The notes beneath the pieces were generated by a model, which saw only the letters and a list, made by a program, of their open reading frames with translations, ran no database searches and was not told where the DNA came from. Below are positions 59,483-64,000 of a stretch of DNA of 64,000 nucleotides, piece by piece (position 1 is the first letter of the stretch; the number at the start of each line of letters is the position of its first letter). The stretch lies in IMG/VR virus record IMGVR_UViG_3300031963_009771, positions 1 through 64,000 of that record, one strand, 5' to 3'. The position numbers were made by a program, and so were the translations under genes. Source of the stretch: an uncultured virus (IMG/VR IMGVR_UViG_3300031963_009771) (taxonomy: Duplodnaviria; Heunggongvirae; Uroviricota; Caudoviricetes).

Positions 59483-60220
59483 TTGAAAAGGTTATATTCA
59501 TTTGGTTGCTCATTTACTTCATTAGATTGGAAGAATTGGTGTGTATCTCAATATGGATACCCACCAAATAAATTATATACAGAATTACTCGCAGATGAAT
59601 TAGGGCTAGAACTCATAGATTCATCATATTCAGCGAGAGGCAATAACTCAATTTTATTAGATTTTGCATCAACTTCATTTGAGGATGATTCGCTTGTTAT
59701 TTTACAATTGACAGGGTTCAATAGATTAGAATTCCTATCATTTGATAAAAATATACAAAAGAATCAAACTTGGTGTTATGATGATTATTTAAAAGGGCCT
59801 ATTACTACTGCATCAATTAAATTTGGTGAAGGTGGTGATGGGTTTTTAAGTTTAGAAGATAGTAGAATGTATTTTAATTTTGTCACTCAATTTGAAAAGA
59901 TTTTTTTAGTAAATGATTTATTTAATGCTAATAAATTAATAAACAAAAAGCAAAACGAAAGTAAAGGTTGTAAATTTTTATTACTTACAATTGAAAATAT
60001 ATTTAATCCTATATTTAATGTAGATAGTGAATTTTTTATCCGAAGAAAAGATTTAATTGATAGTATATCCTATAATGGATTTTACGAAGATAATAAAGAA
60101 TACATTTGGAAAAATTGGGCTGAAGAAAAGGGTATAGACAACCAACAAATGTTAAATGATTATCATTTGACAGAAGAAGGTAATAAGAGAGTTTTTGATA
60201 AGTTAATAAGGTTATGTTAG
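59483..60220 (+). CDS. SGNH-hydrolase-like protein
   Basis: FGCSFT, ARGNN, LQLTGFNR, HLTEEGN; TTG start. Confidence 0.62.
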   Translation: MKRLYSFGCSFTSLDWKNWCVSQYGYPPNKLYTELLADELGLELIDSSYSARGNNSILLDFASTSFEDDSLVILQLTGFNRLEFLSFDKNIQKNQTWCYDDYLKGPITTASIKFGEGGDGFLSLEDSRMYFNFVTQFEKIFLVNDLFNANKLINKKQNESKGCKFLLLTIENIFNPIFNVDSEFFIRRKDLIDSISYNGFYEDNKEYIWKNWAEEKGIDNQQMLNDYHLTEEGNKRVFDKLIRLC

Positions 60221-60246
60221 TTTGTATTAATAAATGTTTTTAACAA

Positions 60247-60369
60247 ATGGCAAAATCAGTAGGTTCGGCAAACAAAGTATCTTTCGGAAAGAAAACATCC
60301 GGTAAGGCAAAAAAAGGTTACGGTCCAAAAGAACAAAAACCAAAAAAATATCGCGGACAAGGGCGATAA
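60247..60369 (+). CDS. 40-aa basic peptide ending KKYRGQGR (not in ORF track)
   Basis: MAKSVGSANKVSFGKKTSGKAKKGYGPKEQKPKKYRGQGR; fills gap before SpeD-like gene. Confidence 0.7.
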   Translation: MAKSVGSANKVSFGKKTSGKAKKGYGPKEQKPKKYRGQGR

Positions 60370-60381
60370 GGAGGAACAAAA

Positions 60382-60780
60382 ATGTTTAAACCCAATCACC
60401 TACACCTTTTAGTAAAAGGTTATTTAAAATCACCTCCTCAAACGGAAAAAGTTTTGAATATATGGTTTACTCAATTGGTAAGTAATGTAGGAATGAAAGT
60501 AGTAGCAGGCCCTACTTCCGTTTATGTAAATGAGCCTGGCAACGAAGGAATTACTGGAACCGTAACATTAGCAACATCACACGCTAGTATTCATGTTTGG
60601 GATAGGGATACCCCACCAATGTTTCAGTTTGATTTATATAGTTGTTCGAATTTTAAACCAAAAGATGTATTAAACCATATTGATGATTGGTTTGGATTAC
60701 ATTCAGCTTATTATCAATTCATAGATAGAAATGGTGATAAATTTTTTGAATTAGAAAGCGGAGTTTGGAAAAAAAGATAA
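60382..60780 (+). CDS. speD: S-adenosylmethionine decarboxylase (pyruvoyl, class 1b)-like proenzyme
   Basis: HL, GITGTVTLATSHASIHVW, FDLYSC; cleavage site T-S rather than E-S. Confidence 0.8.
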   Translation: MFKPNHLHLLVKGYLKSPPQTEKVLNIWFTQLVSNVGMKVVAGPTSVYVNEPGNEGITGTVTLATSHASIHVWDRDTPPMFQFDLYSCSNFKPKDVLNHIDDWFGLHSAYYQFIDRNGDKFFELESGVWKKR

Positions 60781-60897
60781 AGGGGGCGGGGGGTTACTCT
60801 CCCCCTTTCCCTTGTCCTTCGGAAGATAAAATTTTTTGATAGTTTTTCACACTTTTTTTCACCCACCACATATATATAATTAAACAAATAATTAGTT

Positions 60898-61551
60898 ATG
60901 GGTGAAAATGAAAATGAGGAAAGTAGGCCCGTAGAAAAGGTTTACATATTTAATAAGAACTATCAGGAGTATTACAATAAAAAGGCCAAAGAAGAGGCGG
61001 AAAAGAATTACCGACCTCCGGCACAAAGTGGCATCCTAAGAAAGGGTAAGTTAGCCCGCCCACTTCTACAATCCGAAATTGAAGATATGCAAAAGTTGGC
61101 ACAATCCGCAAAACATTGTGCAAGATTATTAGGAGTATCATACCCTACATACAAAAAATACGCAAAGATGTATGGGGTATTTGAGAATTGTAAAAACGAA
61201 GCGGGAGTTGGAATACATAAATTAAACAAAGGTAGAAGGTCTCATGCATTAGAAAACATCCTCGAAGGAAACAATCCATCATATCCAAATTGGAAATTAA
61301 AGAAAAGATTATTGGAAACGGGTTATATGCCGCAAGTTTGTGCCAATTGTGGATACGATGAACCCCGTATAACCGATGGTAAAGTTCCACTTCTTTTGGA
61401 TTATATGGATGGAAATCGAAAAAATCACAAATGGGATAATCTTCGAATGTTATGTTACAATTGTTGGTTTCAAATAAATGGAGACCTATTTGGAAAGGCG
61501 ATGAGGAACGTAAAAAAAGATGCGTGGGATTATCAATACATACACAAATAA
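60898..61551 (+). CDS. HTH plus HNH-like zinc-binding protein (probably degenerate nuclease)
   Basis: CARLLGVSYPTYKKYAK; CANCG...LLLDYMDGNRKN...NLRMLCYNCW. Confidence 0.7.
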   Translation: MGENENEESRPVEKVYIFNKNYQEYYNKKAKEEAEKNYRPPAQSGILRKGKLARPLLQSEIEDMQKLAQSAKHCARLLGVSYPTYKKYAKMYGVFENCKNEAGVGIHKLNKGRRSHALENILEGNNPSYPNWKLKKRLLETGYMPQVCANCGYDEPRITDGKVPLLLDYMDGNRKNHKWDNLRMLCYNCWFQINGDLFGKAMRNVKKDAWDYQYIHK

Positions 61552-61554
61552 GAT

Positions 61555-62364
61555 ATGAGTTATTACGGTTACGAAAGGGTTTATATCAATGGTTGTTCTC
61601 ATTCACAAGGTGGGGGGTTAGAAGGGCCTGAATTAAGGGATGATTCGGTATTCCCTTTATACAAAGAAAAGTATGGAGTGGAGAAGTGGGATGATAGAAC
61701 CCGTTTGAATTTTGGACACCACTTATCTGAATTGATTGGGATTCCACACCTCAATGAAGCGGAGAGTGGTGGTGGAACTGAAAGGGTGGTACGAATGGCG
61801 TATAATTGGTTATTAGATAATTGGGAAATTAGGGATAAGGTAATTCTTATATTAGAAAATCCTGATCCATCCCGTTTTGAAGTTTATTATAGACCGGTTG
61901 GGGAATACTTTATACTCAATACAAATATAAATGCGGAGGAGGGTAGTGGCGAATTCGTATCATCTACTCGCAAATACTATGGTAGCGAAACTTCTAATGA
62001 GGATAAAATGATAGAACCTATTTTTATGAAGTGGTTTAACAATCATGCAAATATAAGGGAAAATTGGAAAAGAATTGAAAGGGATTTTGTGGGGTTGTAT
62101 TCGTTTTGTAAGTGGAATGGTATAAAAATTTTTGTAATGACGGGTAATAGTGTTACATTTAAGGAATGTTTTGATAAAGAGGATATAATTAAATTTGGTA
62201 ATGATGAAAAAAATTACGACATTTGTAGTTGGGCGATTGATAACCGAAAAACTATATCCGATGAATTAGATGGTAAATCCGCAGATAGACATCCAGGTTA
62301 TTTTGGACACAAAGAATATGCAGAATTATTAAAAGTGTTTTTAGATAAAAGATTAAATAAATAA
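61555..62364 (+). CDS. SGNH-hydrolase-like protein
   Basis: NGCSHSQG, NEAESGGG, DRHPGYFGH. Confidence 0.65.
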   Translation: MSYYGYERVYINGCSHSQGGGLEGPELRDDSVFPLYKEKYGVEKWDDRTRLNFGHHLSELIGIPHLNEAESGGGTERVVRMAYNWLLDNWEIRDKVILILENPDPSRFEVYYRPVGEYFILNTNINAEEGSGEFVSSTRKYYGSETSNEDKMIEPIFMKWFNNHANIRENWKRIERDFVGLYSFCKWNGIKIFVMTGNSVTFKECFDKEDIIKFGNDEKNYDICSWAIDNRKTISDELDGKSADRHPGYFGHKEYAELLKVFLDKRLNK

Positions 62365-62367
62365 TAT

Positions 62368-62520
62368 ATGGAACAGGGATTAAGTTTTATAGCAGTCATT
62401 GCCTTATGTATGATAGGGTTATGGTTGGATTCTCCTCAATGGTTTGGGGTGGCATTTGTTAGCGGTGTAACCTATTTGTTATTGAGAGGTAAGAAAAAAG
62501 GTTGGAATTGGAAACGATAA
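62368..62520 (+). CDS. 50-aa membrane peptide (not in ORF track)
   Basis: MEQGLSFIAVIALCMIGLWLDSPQWFGVAFVSGVTYLLLRGKKKGWNWKR. Confidence 0.55.
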   Translation: MEQGLSFIAVIALCMIGLWLDSPQWFGVAFVSGVTYLLLRGKKKGWNWKR

Positions 62521-62531
62521 AATTAAAAATT

Positions 62532-62687
62532 ATGAAAAAATTATTAGAAAAAATCAGAACCCTATTGGGTATTAAAACAAAGGCCGAAAAGGAGAAAGAA
62601 AAGAGAAAGGCTGAATTAGAAGCAGAATTCCAAAAGAAATTAGAGGAATTAAGAAAAAGAGACCCATTCATTTATCATAACAGATAA
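62532..62687 (+). CDS. Small basic helical protein ending RDPFIY
   Basis: 51-aa ORF from ATG 62532. Confidence 0.55.
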   Translation: MKKLLEKIRTLLGIKTKAEKEKEKRKAELEAEFQKKLEELRKRDPFIYHNR

Positions 62688-62688
62688 T

Positions 62689-62719
62689 TTGGTGGTCTCA
62701 AAAATAATTCGTATATTTG
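62689..62719 (+). promoter_or_regulatory. Bacteroidota-type promoter
   Basis: TTG-N20-TATATTTG. Confidence 0.75.
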
Positions 62720-62743
62720 AGGAAACAATTTAAAAACAAAATT

Positions 62744-62965
62744 ATGGCAAAGTTTTTCGAAGTACAGGTTACAGTTCACCACGAAGTTGATGGTGGCAAA
62801 GGTGGAACAAAGATTAAGAAAGTAAAAGAAAATTATTTAGTAGATGCGATGACAGTTACTGAAGCGGAAGCAAGAGTAGTAAAACAATTTGAAGATTCAG
62901 GTGTTCAATTGGATTACGAAGTAACTGGTGCAAGGGAATCAAAAATTATTCAAGTAATTGATTAA
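62744..62965 (+). CDS. DUF4494-like protein
   Basis: FFEV...KKVKENYLVDAMTVTEAEARV. Confidence 0.7.
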   Translation: MAKFFEVQVTVHHEVDGGKGGTKIKKVKENYLVDAMTVTEAEARVVKQFEDSGVQLDYEVTGARESKIIQVID

Positions 62966-63216
62966 TGGAAACTGAAATCAAAGAACAAAAGGAACTAATT
63001 CTTAAAAGAGTTCCACCTGGTGATAGATGGGTATTCGCTAATGCTAATTCAAATAGTATAGTGTATCCATCTCTTACTGATGGTTTAGAAGCTTGGTTTC
63101 AGGCTAATGGTCACACTCAATTCTATATCGATGCACGAAAGGGAGCTGTGGAAATTGTTCAACAAAAGGAAGTAGAAAAACCTATTACGAAGTATTCTTT
63201 ATATGGAGAAGACTAA
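62965..63216 (+). CDS. Hypothetical protein
   Basis: RVPPGDRW...SLTDGLEAWF. Confidence 0.7.
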   Translation: METEIKEQKELILKRVPPGDRWVFANANSNSIVYPSLTDGLEAWFQANGHTQFYIDARKGAVEIVQQKEVEKPITKYSLYGED

Positions 63217-63658
63217 AACATTAGTAATTTGTAGTGGGTATTTTAATCCGATTCATAAGGGACATATAGAATACTTAAAAAGAAGTAAGGAGTTAGGTGA
63301 TTTTCTTTATGTAATTGTGAATAACGATTACCAAAGAGAAATGAAAGGTAGTAGACCTTTTATGGAAGCCGATGAAAGAAAACTAATTGTAGAATCTTTG
63401 GGATTTGTTGATAGAGCTATGGTGGCGATTGATGAAGAAAAAACCGTCAATCGTAGTATCAAATGGATTATGATGAATATTGGAAAAGAATTTAATCGTT
63501 ATATATTTGCTAATGGAGGTGATCAAAATCGAAACACAGTTGGTGAAACCAAATTGTGTGAAGAGTTGGGAATAGAATTGGCAGATGGATTGGGTGATAA
63601 AATTCAATCTTCATCAAAACTTATAAAAGATTCAGATGAGTTTTATAATAGGAAATAA
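63203..63658 (+). CDS. Cytidylyltransferase-like (HIGH superfamily; RfaE/TagD-type)
   Basis: SGYFNPIHKGH, VNND, FANGGD, KIQSSS. Confidence 0.88.
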   Translation: MEKTKTLVICSGYFNPIHKGHIEYLKRSKELGDFLYVIVNNDYQREMKGSRPFMEADERKLIVESLGFVDRAMVAIDEEKTVNRSIKWIMMNIGKEFNRYIFANGGDQNRNTVGETKLCEELGIELADGLGDKIQSSSKLIKDSDEFYNRK

Positions 63659-63950
63659 ATGTGTAGATTGTTTAGATACCAGTTGTGTAAGCGTTTGCCC
63701 GATTGATTGTATTCATGGGCCCATTTATACAGACCGAATGGGGTGGGAAGTATCTCAAATGAATGATGAAGATAAGAAGGGAAAACAACTATATATTAAT
63801 CCTGCGGAGTGTATAAATTGTGGAGCGTGTGTACCCGAATGCCCGGTTGATGCGATTTATTCCGATGAAAAGGAGGCGATTTCATTAGGAGACGAGGTAT
63901 CGGTCCACAAAAACTATGAATTCTTTGGACAGTTTTATCAAAAAAAATAA
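63636..63950 (+). CDS. Dicluster ferredoxin (FdxA-like)
   Basis: CVDC...CVSVCPIDCI and CINCGACVPECPVDAI. Confidence 0.9.
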   Translation: MSFIIGNKCVDCLDTSCVSVCPIDCIHGPIYTDRMGWEVSQMNDEDKKGKQLYINPAECINCGACVPECPVDAIYSDEKEAISLGDEVSVHKNYEFFGQFYQKK

Positions 63951-64000
63951 TATATTTATATTTACAATTATAACTTAAAAACACAATTATGACAACGTTT

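Noticed and set aside
1..64000. Stop-codon reassignment, as seen in some large phages
   Set aside because: Long conserved genes are intact in code 11, and TAG and TGA both end genes at sensible positions (e.g. 34068, 21602, 48200)
1..64000. tRNA or rRNA genes
   Set aside because: Intergenic gaps are short and I saw no cloverleaf or T-loop (GTTCGA-type) context; a tRNAscan-SE run would be needed to exclude them formally

Overview
64 kb of an AT-rich, large T4-like (myovirus, probably jumbo) bacteriophage genome. Essentially all credible genes are on the + strand and the standard genetic code is used. Order: contractile tail module (sheath, tube, chaperone with a probable programmed frameshift, tape measure, baseplate), with a small promoter-driven cassette inserted after the tube gene; a T4-type replication/nucleotide block (short PolA-like protein, SSB, RecA/UvsX, 5'-3' exonuclease, helicase, NrdAB, thioredoxin, PolB, clamp, clamp loader); a DNA-modification-like block embedded in the replisome genes (4 SAM-dependent amino-methyltransferase-like genes, an asparagine-synthetase-like amidotransferase, a GNAT, an MTA/SAH nucleosidase); a glycosyltransferase island; a block of mosaic proteins segmented by E-S-V-N-E-like linkers; and auxiliary genes (SpeD-like, ferredoxin, cytidylyltransferase, 2OG-Fe(II) oxygenases). 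Nine TTG-N20-TAnnTTT(G/A) promoters and a general lack of Shine-Dalgarno sites point to a Bacteroidota host. Best candidates for undescribed biology: (1) a putative clamp-tethered DNA hypermodification pathway, where the AsnB-like protein, one methyltransferase and PolB share a C-terminal [N/D]KFF motif; (2) modular virion cargo polyproteins whose modules are delimited by repeated protease-site/DNA-repeat linkers; (3) a +1/-2 frameshift in the tail chaperone gene. All functional calls are from motif recognition by eye; no database search was run.
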